Below, in pieces: positions 39,209 through 53,089 of a stretch of 64,000 nt of DNA. The position numbers were made by a program, and so were the translations under genes. The first letter of the stretch is position 1, and the number at the start of each line of letters is the position of its first letter. This stretch comes from Octopus vulgaris (taxonomy: Eukaryota), in assembly GCA_951406725.2 (NCBI GenBank), contig OX597831.1:42470001-42534000 (forward strand), given 5' to 3'. A model generated the notes under the pieces. It saw nothing but the letters and a program-made list of their open reading frames with translations. It was not told the origin of the DNA and searched no databases.

Positions 39209-39316
39209 CTGCCTCACCTATCACCTTACATAAGATTCTGCAGTTGTCAATTAAATGCAGGGACCCTCTTGCAAAAGAAAACAGAAAATGTTCCAGAATT
39301 TGTTGAGGTTCATAAA
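39209..39316 (+). CDS. ITSN: Intersectin exon D (DH)
   Basis: ttttcag|...|gtaagt; [36 protein letters not shown] (cf. LPHMQPYIRFCSRQLNG). 108 nt, phase 0 to 0. Confidence 0.96.
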
Positions 39317-40122
39317 GTAAGTACCAACATTTGTGTTAGTTCATCATCACCATCACCATCATCATTACCATACTCAATTTCATCAATATCATCATCATCA
39401 TCATCATCGTCGTCGTCATCATGGTTGTCATTTTAATGTTCTCTTTTCCATGTTTGTATGGTTTGGATGGAGTTTACTGACAAAGATTTTCTATGGCTGG
39501 ATACCCTTCCTCTTATTCCTTTATTCCCCACAAGGGGCTAAACATAGAGGGGACAAACAAGGACAGACAAACGAATTAAGTCGATTATATTGACCCCAGT
39601 GAGTAACTGGTACTTAATTTATCGACCCCGAAAGGTTGAAAGGCAAAGTCGACCTCAGCGGAATTTGAACTCAAAACGTAACGGCAGACAAAATACCGCT
39701 AAGCATTTTGCCCAGCGTTCTAACGTTTCTGCCAGTTTGCCACCATTCCTCTTGCCAACTCTTACCTGTTTCCAAGCAAGGTAGCATTTCCCAGTTGTCA
39801 GATAGGTTTTTATGGAAGACTGGAAACGCATGACACCACTTGTATGGTGGCGCCACTTGTTTACAACTGTCACATGATGTCAAAACAAAGAGATGCAAAC
39901 AAATTCATTCTCATGTGCACACATGCACATGCAGACACACGTAGACATTTATAATGGGCTTCTTTCTGTTTCCATCTGGCAAATCTGTTCACAACACATT
40001 AGTAAGCCCAGGGCAACAGTAGACATGAGGCAGTACATACAGTAGGACTGAACCTTAAACTATGTGGTTGGGAAACAAACTTCTTAACTACACAACCATG
40101 CCTTCACCAATATGTATATACA

Positions 40123-40155
<33 letters not shown>

Positions 40156-40476
40156 GGCACTTAAAAAGCACCATCTGAACATGGCCAATGCCAGCACTAC
40201 CTTGACTGGTGTCTGTGCCAGTGACATGTAAAAACACCAACCGATCATGGCCGTTGCCAGCCTCCTCTGGCCCCTGTGCCAGTGGAATGTAAAAGGCACC
40301 CACTACACTCATGGAGTGGTTGACATTAGGAAGGGCATCCAGCTGTAGAAATACTGCCAGATCAGACTCGAGCCTGGTGCAGCCTCCTGGCTTCCCAGAC
40401 CCCAGTCGAACCGTCCAACCCATGCTAGTATGGAAAATGGATGTTAAACGATGATGATGATGATGATATGTGTATA

Positions 40477-40523
<47 letters not shown>

Positions 40524-41294
40524 GTATATATATATATATATATATATATAAGAGACCAAAGTGTATGTATGTCGTTATATTTATATAAAAAGGAATACCA
40601 AAAATGGGACAAGAACGCAAAACATCCAGTCAGACGATACAAAAAAACAAGGCGGGATCATTTGGAATTTTCTTTCTTCAGTCGAGTTCCAGATTATCAT
40701 TGCAATCTCAGCTGGTTATACTCGAGATTGTTCCAATTCGACCAGCCCCAGGAAAAAACTAAGCTAAGAGCACCAGATTCCTTGGAAGAAAGCAGCGAAT
40801 GTATATGAAAACAAGGACAGTAACAATGGAGAAATGGTACACGATGCTCTTAGCTTAGTTTTTCCTTGGGGCTGGCTAGATTGGAGCAATCTCGAGTATA
40901 ACCAGCTGAAATTGCAAAGATAATCTGGAACTTGACTGAAGAAAGAAAACTCCAAATGATCCGTTCTTGTTTTATTTGTATCATCTGTCTGGATATTTTG
41001 TTGTCCCTTTTTTGTATCATCCAGCTGTCTGGATGTTTTGCATTCTTGTCCCATTTTTGGTATTCCTTTATATATATATATATAGTACAAAGTAAGATAG
41101 GGGTTATGAGACTGAAACAGCTGTAAGGAGCAGTTTATTTGTATTATTTTAATTTTATTATTAATTTGCATATTGATGTGCATTGTTTTGTTCGATTTTC
41201 ATGTTCCTATTTGTATAATTAATAAATAATATGAAATTGTAATATCCGTAAATTGATGATCGAAATGAATTTGTCCCTCCATTTTCTTATTTTG

Positions 41295-41325
<31 letters not shown>

Positions 41326-41529
41326 CTTTATTTAAAGCAGCAGAATATTCAACAAAACCTGTTACTTTGAGTTTCACGTTGAACGGCAACATGAAACTCG
41401 GAGTAACAGGTTTTGTTGAATTTTCTGCTGCTTTAAATAAAGCATATTACTCTACCACTGGTATTTGAGTATTCTTTTTTCCACCTTGTTTCACATTTAT
41501 GTGTTTACTCCGGTATATATATACACACA

Positions 41530-41573
<44 letters not shown>

Positions 41574-41705
41574 GGTCCCGGGTTGATTCGGGGTTAACCA
41601 CAGTAAGTAAGGTACTCAATACATAGCAGAGTAAAATTAATTTATTATATTAATTTATTATTTCTTGAATGAAACAGTACTAGTCCTGTAGAAGCTCCTT
41701 CTATA

Positions 41706-41748
<43 letters not shown>

Positions 41749-43269
41749 GTGTATATATATGTATATGTGTATATACATATATATGTGTATATATATATAT
41801 ATGTATGTATATATATATAATAATTATTATTGAGGGAATAAAATCCAAACTTACAAGGAAAAAGAATTCAATTTAGAAATACTAAATCAAATTCCATACA
41901 ATATAATATATATAAAATATTAGAAAAAACCCACCTTTTATCAATTCAAAATGAATAATTAAATTACACCATCTAGAAAATTACATATAATAGAAAAGTT
42001 AAAATTAAAATAACAATTAAAAAGTAAAGATTAAGTAAATTACAAGAATAATGTAATGTATGTAATAGGTATATATATATATACACACACACATATATAC
42101 ATACACACACATATATGTATATACTCATATACATAAATATATATACCAGCCCATGCTAGCATGGAAAACGGATGCTAAACGATGATGATGATGATGATGA
42201 TGATGATATATATATATATATATACATCACTATATATATATATATATGAATTTAATGCACAATATATGGATTTATATTATCCAGTGGTAATCACAAAAAA
42301 GCTCCTTTAGTGGGTCAGGCTACATACTACACAGTTAACCATTGTGTAGGAATGTAATGTTGACTCCTATGCAGCTGAAGTCCAGTAAATCTAATCAATG
42401 AAAATTATTTCATGAGGAGTATACAGAATATAAAGAAAGTTAGGAAGTATGAGATGAATAAATCTATTTCTTTTCCATAGTTGAATATTGGCTGGTGAAA
42501 TACATATATTCATGTCATATCTCCTGACATTTTTTAAAGTTCTCTCTCTCACTCTCTGTATATATATATATATATTTCCATGCCGGTGGCATGTAAAAGG
42601 CACCAGAAATATATATATATATATATACATATATACATATATATATATATATCTTTCCATGCCGGTGGCACATAAAAGGCACCAACTGATCGTGGCCGCT
42701 ACCAGCCTCCTCTAGCACCTTTGCCGGTGGCATGTAAAAAGCACCCACTACACTCACGGAGTGGTTGGCATTAGGAAGGGCATCCAGCTGTAGAAACACT
42801 GTCAGATCACACTGGAGCCTGGTGCAGCCTCCTGGCTTCCCAGACCCCAGTCGGAACGTCCAACCCATGCTAGCATGGAAAACAGACGTTAAACGATGAT
42901 GATGATGATGATGATGATAATGATGATATATATATATATATAAAACTACTAGACACATATGGAAATCTTTGCACAACTATTACAGAAACAGCTGTAAGAA
43001 ACTTTATGCATTATTTCTTCATCCTTTACTTACTCTCACTACTCTACAATTATGTTTGAATTATGAATTGCACACTCTAAAGTGATACTACATGTTTCAC
43101 TTGTTCATTTTGTCTTTCTAAAATACACACACACATACACACACATATACATTTGTAGCACCACTGTTAAATTTTGTAGCATTCAATAAATATTAAGTAT
43201 TCATTGATTCGTGCTTCTTACTACATCTATTAACTGTTTTGTTTCTCTTTGTATTCATGTTGTTAACAG

Positions 43270-43368
43270 CAATGTGTCACAGATCCTGCATGTCAAGGAA
43301 TGCCGTTAAGTAGTTTCCTTCTGAAACCCATGCAGCGAATAACTCGGTATCCCCTTCTCCTTAAAAAG
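43270..43368 (+). CDS. ITSN: Intersectin exon E (DH CR3)
   Basis: aacag|...|gtaagt; [33 protein letters not shown], the DH CR3 motif. 99 nt. Confidence 0.96.
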
Positions 43369-44511
43369 GTAAGTCATCATCCTAACGAGATAGCCAGTTT
43401 ATTTACCTGTCAGGTCAAAGCTGGAATGTGTCTTCTTTTTTTTTTTTACATAGTTTAATTCAGGAAGAAGAGATAATGCCCATCACTTTTACTACACCAA
43501 ACTTTAAAAATAAGCACTAGGGTTGCTTGTATTTTTTGGGGGATGATAAAGAACAGTATCAACCCTGACTTTGGATTGGTGTTTTTTAGAGGGAACATTG
43601 CAGTTTTGAACTAAACTCCATATCCACACAACTATACCTGTCAAGGTGGTGCTCCAGCAGGGCAGTCCAATGATTGAATCAAGTAAAAAATAAAAGAATC
43701 TGCTAGACTCCTCCTTCCCTCAAAACATTTAATGTCCTGTGTCTGTGTTAAAAGAACCCCATATTATAGCTTCCTTAACTCATGGTTCTTTGATATCCAC
43801 CCTTCAGCCTCTCCAGTTTTGGTAGATTGCCCCCTCATACCTTCATTCTTCTTCCCATACAGTCTTGCAAGCCAAATCCACCTGCTACTCACCTTGCACT
43901 TTGTGGGGCCACCTAAGCACCTCATCATCATCATCATCCAGTGTTTTAAATCCAGGTTTTGTCCCCATTAACAGGGGTGGCCAGATCTATTCCAATGCCA
44001 TAGCAACCACCCTCACACCATCTCGCCATCTTGCTCGCCATCTTGCTCGCCATCTTGCTCCTTTTTCTATCTCTTGTGGTTCCTACTGATAATTTTCTCT
44101 TTCTCTCTCTCCACTTTCCATACTAAATCTGAGTAGCCATGTTGATCCCGCTACAAGAACCTGCTCTGCTCCCCCAGCTTCTCGTAGTAATCCCCCTGTC
44201 CCCTAGCATGGAGCCGACCTGCTTACCTTGCCCAGGGTTTGTAGTCCTGCAAGCTGCATGGTGACCTCAACAGTGCAGGTGGCATAGAAAAAGCACCCAG
44301 TCCATGCTATAAAGTGGTTGGTGTTAGGAAGTATGACCAGCTGTAGAAACCATGCCAAATCATATATTGGAGCACAATGTGGTCCTTGGATGCATTGAAT
44401 CCTGTCAAAGTGTTTAATACATGTTAGCATGGAACATGGACATTTTATGATGATAATAGTGATTATACCTTGTTTAATCATGTCTAATGATTTTTTTATT
44501 GTTTTGATTAG

Positions 44512-44679
44512 ATTTTGAAACACACCCCAGAAGAACACCCTGACCATTTGCATTTGGTCGATGCCTTAGCGAAAGCTGAAGAACTATGTAGCCAAGTGAA
44601 TGAAGGAGTGCGAGAGAAGGAAAACTCCAATGATCTAGAATGGATCCAGCAGCATGTACTCTGTGAAGGTCTGGATGAA
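44512..44679 (+). CDS. ITSN: Intersectin exon F (DH C-terminus)
   Basis: attag|...|gtacgt; [56 protein letters not shown]; [19 protein letters not shown] matches vertebrate ITSN as recalled. 168 nt. Confidence 0.97.
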
Positions 44680-45012
44680 GTACGTACTTTCACCTCATTT
44701 CAGTCTTATTTTTAAAAATTTTACAGCAAGCCACTTAACATGGGAGGAAGGGAACCCAGTTTGAAACAGTGTAAGCTCATGCAGTGGTCTATGTGGCTCA
44801 GCAATAAGCTCACCCTAATGTTCTGAGTTCAATGTTTGTTTCGACTCTTTGTGATGTCAGTTTAAATCCCACCAAAGTCAATTTTGCATTTTATCCTTCC
44901 AGAGTTGATAAAGTACCAGTCGAGTATTGGGGTCAATAAAATTAATTAATCCTACCATAAAAAATTGCTTGCCTTGTGCCTATTTTGGAGACAATTATCA
45001 TCATCATCATCA

Positions 45013-45073
<61 letters not shown>

Positions 45074-46779
45074 GTGAACGATATTTCGACATCTCATGTG
45101 TCTTCAACTGTTTCAAAAAAATAATTTTGTCATTCTACTTCATTTTGGTTAATATATGAAGGATTGAGGTAACTTCTCCTGAAGATATAGAGTCAAAATT
45201 TAAAGAAGAGTGCCACCAGCACAAGTGTCAGTAAGGCAACTCTGGTAATGATCACGCTCGAATGGTGCTCTTTATGTGCCACCAGCACGGAAGCCAATCA
45301 GCTGCTCTGGCAATGATCACGCTTGGATAGTGCTCTTAGCGCTCCACTAGCATAGATGCCAGTCATCGAGATTGATTTCGATTTCACTTGCCTCAACAGG
45401 TCTTCGCAAGCAGAGTTTAGTGTCCAATGAAGGAAAGGTATGCATAAGTGGGCTGGTTACACCCCTGACATAGGCCATGGGTTATGGTCTCACTTGGGTT
45501 GGCTGGACTTCTCAAGCACAGTGTATTTCCAAACGTCTCAGTCACTAGTCATTGCCTAAACTCTGCTTGCGAAGACCTGTTGAGGCAAGTGAAATCGAAA
45601 TCAATTTCGATGACTGGCACCCATGCTAGTGGAGCACTAAGAGCACTATCCAAGCATGATCATTGCCAGAGCAGCTGACTGGCTTCTGTGCCGGTGGCAC
45701 GTAAAGAGCACCATTTGAGCATGATCATTTCCAGAGTTGCCTTACTGGCACGTGAAAAAGCATTTTAGCGAGGTCATTGCCAGTGCCGCTGGACTGGCTC
45801 CTGTGCAGGTGGCATGTAAAAAACACCATTTGAACGTGGCCGTTGCCAGTACTGCATGACTGGCCCTCGTGCCGGTGGCACATAAAAGCACCCACTACAC
45901 TCACGGAGTGGTTAGCGTTAGGAAGGGCATCCAGCTGTAGAAACTCTGCTAGATCAGATTGGAGCGTGGTGCAGCCATCTGGTTTGCCAGTCCTCAGTCA
46001 AATCGTCCAACCCATGCTAGCATGGAAAGTGGACTCTAAATGATGATGTTGATGATGATGAATTCATGATATCCATGAGAGAGGAACGATATCTTGTATG
46101 CTTTATCTTATTAGCTTCTTTATCTAATCTTATCAGTTATTTAGCAAACTTATTTGATACTCTGTTTTCTATCATTTTTTTAATTTTCTTTTGATACCTT
46201 ATCCATTTCTTTGTTGAAGATATTCTTCGTCTAATGCAGATTTCGCTGAAGAGCACTTGAAGCATTATTTATAGTCTTAAAAACATTAAACCTGTTTATA
46301 TTGTTGGCCAATTCTTAGACCCACCTGTATTTTTCTCTTTCTCCTTGGCTTTCTTTCTTTTTTTCTTTCTTTCTTTTTCGTTTTTCTTTGCTTTCTTCCA
46401 CCTATATATGTGTTCATGTCAAAGAATGTATAGCCATCCTTCATAATCTTAACTTTCTTTGACAGATTTTATTCTCTACCATTATGATCTAAATTTATGT
46501 TATATATTCACAGTCAACTATAGCCAGCTCCTTTTACTATTGCCGGTAACACTTTGTCAGTGTACCAATGTGCAATTAGCTAGAACAACATGCCAAGGAG
46601 ATCTCAGTATATCTGGTGGGATATTTTTCTACACCAAGCACCTGAAGTAACACAGCCTGTACTTATTAATACAATGTTATCAGATGCACAATATCCTATG
46701 GGACAGATGCAGGATGGGTCAAAAGGATCATCATGTTGAGTAAAGTTTTGTACTAAATCCATCTTCTGTTTCCTTTATC

Positions 46780-46915
46780 AATTATCAACTCAACAAACGC
46801 TGTGGATTTCCTGATGTAGACCCAGTGAAGATTATATTGTTATTGCAGATGACATCAGGTAGCCCAAACAGTAAATGTGCTTTAATCGACATACTAATAG
46901 ACATACCCAAAGTCT
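46780..46915 (-). mobile_element. Possible highly decayed Gypsy-type integrase fragment
   Basis: Minus frame FGLPDVICNNNIIFTG resembles FG.P..I.SDNG..F; very short match. Confidence 0.3.
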
Positions 46916-46929
46916 AAATAGTTACATAC

Positions 46930-46972
<43 letters not shown>

Positions 46973-47127
46973 ATAAAACAAATGGTTTACACCTGGTAGC
47001 TTACTGGTAAAGCACTGTTACTTTCACTGATCGTTATACATATGGCAAATGAATCGATGCTAGATGTGTCGAAACAATTGTTGTGATTAATAATAGATTC
47101 TTGTATATTCCATTTCCGTCTTTCATT

Positions 47128-47172
<45 letters not shown>

Positions 47173-47383
47173 ATAACCGACCAGGCTATCATGTGTTGCT
47201 ACACATCGCTGGCCACAATGTACTTTGCATTGTTTTAGCCTTCAAATGACACCATCCCCTGCTGGAGCCTTGTGGAGCTTTAGGTGTTTTTGCTCAATAA
47301 ACACTCACTACACTCAGTCTGGGAATCGAAACTGCAATCCTATGACTGCGAGTCTGCTGCCCTAACCACTGGGCTATTGCACC

Positions 47384-47424
<41 letters not shown>

Positions 47425-47440
47425 CCATCCACATGCAAAC

Positions 47441-47471
<31 letters not shown>

Positions 47472-47717
47472 TATATAAAAATACAAAATGGGACAAGAAC
47501 GCAAAACATTCAAATAGACGATACAAAAAACGGACGGGTCCAAGATTAATCAGCTGAAATTGCGAGGATGATCCAGTTCTTGACTGAAGATTAGAGGCTT
47601 CAAATGACCTGTCCACTTTTTGTATCGTCTATTTGAATGTTTTGCGTTCTTGTCCCATTTTGTATTTTTATATATATTTTTATACATATACTATTGTGGC
47701 GTACGTACACCTTGTTC

Positions 47718-47765
<48 letters not shown>

Positions 47766-47888
47766 ATAAATGCACACATACACATATATACTTACATACA
47801 TGCATGTATATATGTGTGACTGTGTAGGTAAGAGAGAGAGAGAGTAGAAAAAGAGAAAATTAGTCCAATCTACACACAAACGCACTCT

Positions 47889-47926
<38 letters not shown>

Positions 47927-48020
47927 TTTCTATTACTGTTCCTGACTTATTCCTCAATATCAACTTTTAATAAGTTGTATTCTTTTCTTTATAAATTCCA
48001 ATGCTTCTTTTCTTTTGCAG

Positions 48021-48092
48021 AAATTAACTTTTAATTCTGTCACCAATTGTCTGGGACCAAGAAAATTCTTACACTCTGGTACTTTATACAAG
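48021..48092 (+). CDS. ITSN: Intersectin exon G (DH-PH junction)
   Basis: ttttgcag|...|gtaaat; [24 protein letters not shown]. 72 nt. Confidence 0.97.
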
Positions 48093-48135
48093 GTAAATGC
48101 TTTGGTGTAAATTTCTCTGACTTAGCTTTGTAAAA

Positions 48136-48167
<32 letters not shown>

Positions 48168-48760
48168 ATATGTCTGTGTATGCATAATTTATATGTGTGT
48201 GTGTGTATATATATGTGGTTGATATTAGGAAGGGCATCCAGCCATAAAAACCATGTGAAAACAGACACAGAAGTCTGGTGCAGTCTTCTGCCTGGCCACT
48301 CCTGTCAAACTGTCTGCCCATGCCAGCATGGAAGGAGGATGTTAAACGATGATATATATATATGGACATACACATACTCACACACGTTTCTATATTTCTA
48401 TAGCTGTAAATGTGTGTAGTTGTGTTTGTACCCACCACACCAGCTAACAACCAGTGTTGGTTTGTTTACACCCTCGTAGCTTAGTGGTTCAGCAAAAGAC
48501 TTTAAAAAAGAAAAGCACATAAGTACTGAGGTTAATTTGTTTGAGTAGAACTTCAAGGTAGTGCCCCAGCATGGTTACAGTCCAATGACTGATATATATG
48601 AACATATATGAATATATATATATTAATAAAAGGAATTCCAACCTTTTTCAATAAATTTTATTGTATAGAACAATGATGACTAATGTCTACAAATGAAACA
48701 ATGTACAATAAAATAAATATCTGGCGAAACTTTCTGGACACCCTGTATATGTGTGTGTGC

Positions 48761-48804
<44 letters not shown>

Positions 48805-50008
48805 GTTGGAAAATGTATGGGATCCTTGGTATAGTTGGGTGTATTTGAAAAAAAGAAAAAGAATGATTTCACTGGTAGTTCTAATCAGCTTAATTTATTT
48901 AAAAAAATTTTTAACAATATAAGTTTTAGATCGTAGATCTAGTAAGTTCTTTATTAACTTGGATGTGAAGAATTTCAAAAGAAATTTTTCTTGTTAACTT
49001 TTTTGGAAAACTTTCTCGCATTCGTTGTCAGATTTGTTTGACAATGAATGCGAGGAAGTTCTCCAAAAAAGTTAACAAGAAAAAAAAAAAAATTCTCCAC
49101 ATCCAAGTTAACAAAGAACTTACTAGATCTACGAACTAAAACCTATATTATTAAAAAATTAAAAAATAATAATTTAAACTGATTAGAATTACTAGGGAAG
49201 TCATTCTTTTTCTTTTTTCAAATATATATATATACATATATATATTACAGAAATGTACTTGCATGAAAACAATTGCAGCATGGAAGGTGTTTATAAGCAA
49301 TTTAAGAAACACGCAAAAACCGTTAGATTCACTTCGACATTTAAATTTAATTTGCAGATGCAGCACAGAATTTTGTCAGTGAACAGGTCGCAGTCTCAAA
49401 GCGCCAAAAATATTTTGGCAAATTAAATTGAAATGTTGAAGTGAATCTAATGGTTTTTATGTGTTTCTTAAATTGCTTATAAACACCTTCCATGCTGTAA
49501 TTGTTTATATATATACATATATACATATATATATATATCATCATCATCATCATTTAATGTACCCTTTTCTATACTGGCATAGGTTGGATGTTGAACATGA
49601 ACAGACAAGCCTGAAGGCTGCACCATGTTCCAATGTTTGCTTTGGTGTGGTTATTATGGCTGGATGCTCCTCCTAGTGCCCACCATGTCACAGAATGTAC
49701 TAGGTGCCTTTTTTTTTGTGGCACCAGCACTGGTGAAGCCACCGAGTACCTGCAAGATAACCCCCTCCCTCAACTGAGTATGATAGGTAGGAAGGAGCAA
49801 GTGTCTTGCTGAAGAGGTGAACGCATGGCTTGCTCATCTGGAAAGAGAGAGAAAGGGTGAGATGTTAGGTCATGGCACTAGGTGAATGTGAGAAGCAGAC
49901 TATAGAGAAAGCATGAGAGAAATACAAACAGAGAGATGTATGCCTGTGTACACATGAATGCTTTTGTAATGATACATTGACACATAAACCTCACTGTGGC
50001 TTTTTCAG

Positions 50009-50140
50009 GCTAAGAGCAACAAGGAGCTGGTTGGTTTCCTCTTCAATGATTTCCTACTGCTTGCACAGTCGCAAGGATCCAATCGCAATAGCTTTACCTT
50101 CAACATCAAGTCAAAAGCCCAGTTTCGTATGTACAAAATG
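50009..50140 (+). CDS. ITSN: Intersectin exon H (PH)
   Basis: tttttcag|...|gtaaga; [44 protein letters not shown]. 132 nt. Confidence 0.96.
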
Positions 50141-52964
50141 GTAAGAAAAGCTACTTTCTTAAATATTTGACGAAATTTTTTTTCGTTAAACTTGTATATT
50201 TGAAATTTTATAATGATTTTTTTCCCCCATTCAAACAGTTGATAATTTTACTCTTCTTAATACCATTTCTACCTTGAACAATTTCATTTACATTATTCAT
50301 AGTACAACTTCCATTAATAGTTCTTCGTCTACTATTCCTTGTAGCATTCATAGTAACTTCTCTACCATTAATAGCACTTCCTCTGCCATTCATAATACTT
50401 CCTCTACTATTCATAGTAGTACATCATTTATTCATATCATCATCATCATCATTATCATTATCATATGTCTATTTTCCATGCTAGCATGGGTTAGATGATT
50501 TGATCAGAGCTGGTAAGCCAGAGAGCTCACTTGGCTCCAGTCATCTATTTTAACTTGGTTTCTACAAACTGATGCCTTTCTTAATGCCAACCACTCTTCA
50601 GAGTATATTGGGTATCTTTTATGTGTCACTGGCACAGGTGCCTTTTACGTGTCACCAGCATGGGTGCCTTTTACGTGTCACCAGCATGGATGCCTTTTAC
50701 GTGTCACCAGCACTGGTCATGACCATGATTTCACTTAGCTTGATGTGTCTTCTTAAGCACAGCAACTCACCAAAAAAGTCTCAGTCACTTGTAATTGTCC
50801 CATGAAAATCAGCAACTGAAGCTCATATTTCACCACCTAACATGTTTAACATGTATAGCACCTACTTACACCATTCAGTTATGAATAGAATTACTCCAAA
50901 TGGTAAACCATTCCCGCAAGGCAAATATGGAAAAAATGAGTTCAAAAAAAGAATCATGTATGGAACATACAGTTGAGAGAGAACATAACACCCACTTGAT
51001 AGAATGCTAGTCTGTTGTAGATTAACTTTCCTGATAAGTCATTATAGCTACCCCTGGCACACATTCGATAAACTGAGGTATATCCAGACTTTCAATGAAA
51101 CATTGATAGAATGGTGCAAATGATCCATTGAGGGTTACAAGACATTTGGTAGAGTAGGTGTAGGAGTGGCTGTGTGGTAAGTAGCTTGCTTACAAACCAC
51201 ATGGTTCCGGGTTCAGTCCCACTACGTGGCACCTTGGGCAAGTGTCTTCTGCTACAGCCTTGGGCTGACCAAAGACTTGTGAGTGGATTTGGTAGACGGA
51301 AACTGAAAGAAGCCTGTTGTATATATGTATGTATATATGTGTGTGTGTGTTTGTATGTCTGTGTTTGTCCTCCCAACATTGCTTGACGACCGATGCTGGT
51401 GTGTTTACGTCCCTGTAACTTAGCAGTTCGGCAAAAGAGACTGATAGAATAAGTACTAGGCTTACAAAGACTAAGTCCTGGGGTCAATTTGCTCAACTAA
51501 AGGCGGTGCTCCAGCATGGCCACAGTCAAATGGCTGAAAAGAGTAAAAGAGTATTGAACAAAACATCTTGCAGTTATTTAAATTTATTGTATTTTATGAC
51601 ATAAAAAATGTTTAAAAAAAAAAACTCATCCTAGGTCCTCAATGTGAAGTTGATCCACTCAAGCTTTAATGCATCAATTTTTTTTTTCTCCTGAATATGA
51701 GTTGCTGAAAACAGGATGCATTTAATATGCTCATGCATCTTTTATGTCACAAAATATAATTGTTTCTTTATGTTCTGAGTTCAAATCCTGCCAAGTTTTA
51801 CTCTGCCTTTCATGATTCTGGGGTCTCTTAAATCAACACTCACCAAATACTTAGGTGGGATACATTTAATTTGACTATGCTTCTCTCTAAAAATTGTGCC
51901 CTTTTCCTCTGCTAGAAATTAAAGCATTTTAGCAATACTCATTTTTCAATAATCTCATTACCTAATGATTTACTAATTACAATGCATTGTCCATTATCTT
52001 TAATAGCTTATACAATACAGTTTCTCATTTTCCTTCTCTTCTTCAGTCTGCCTTACCTTGTCAGGGAACTTTATGATGTAACTCTATCAGTGTTCATTTA
52101 TTTATTTATTTCATTATTCATCATTTTTATTATTTCCCTTTCAAGGGTGTCAGATTATCAGAACGAGAGCTAAAGGAATTGCATAAAATGCCTTGAAATG
52201 TTTAGTAGTATCCCTTTACACTCTAGGCTCAATTTACCTTTCGTCCTTCCAAGGTTTATAAAATAAAAATACTGGTCAAATTCAGGGTTGACATCATTAA
52301 CTGTACACCTTCACCCAAATTTAAGGCTTTGTGCCTATGTTAGAGACCCTTTACCCTTTTACCCTTTTACTTGTTTCAGTCATTTGACTGTGGCCATGCT
52401 GGAGCACCGCCTTTAGTCGAGCAAATCGACCCCAGGACTTATTCTTTGTAAGCCTAGTACTTATTCTGTCAGTCTCTTTTGCCGGACCGCTAAGTTACGG
52501 GGACGTAAACACACCAGCATCGGATGTCAAGCGATGTTGGGGGGGACAGACACAGACACACAAACATATACACACACGTACATACATACATATATACATA
52601 TATACGACGGGCTTCTTTCAGTTTCCGTCTACCAAATCCACTCACAAGGCTTTGGTCGGCCCGAGGCTATAGTAGAAGACACTTGCCCGAGGTGCCACGC
52701 ATTGGGATTGAACCCGGAACCATGTTGTTGGTAAGCAAGCTACTTACCACATAGCCAAGACTATCTATGAGTCATTAATTTTAAACATTGTGGTAGTGGA
52801 TTGGGGAAGACAAAGCCTAGTGGTTAGGGTGTCGTACTCTTGATTGCGGGATTGTAATAATATTACCACACAGCCATGTTCATTTTTTTTCTTTTGTTGC
52901 TCAGAAATTATAATGGTGCAGCTCCATAAGTATTGAGTTCTTTGTTTCATTTGTTTATTTGCAG

Positions 52965-53089
52965 CCTATTTTTTTGAATGAAGTGATGCTGAAGACAGGG
53001 ACAGATGGAGAATATGATACACCATGTCACTTTCAGTTATGCCACATAAACCAAACTTACAATTTGAAAGCAGGAAGTGCCAATGACAG
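52965..53089 (+). CDS. ITSN: Intersectin exon I (PH)
   Basis: tttgcag|...|gtaaaa; PIFLNEVMLKTGTDGEYDTPCHFQLCHINQTYNLKAGSAND(R). 125 nt, phase 0 to 2. Confidence 0.94.

Noticed and set aside
40930-40965. CTGAAGA in the 40.6-kb and 47.5-kb fold-backs as intact hammerhead cores
   Set aside because: No correctly placed GAAA/stem III/UH found; not called as ribozymes.
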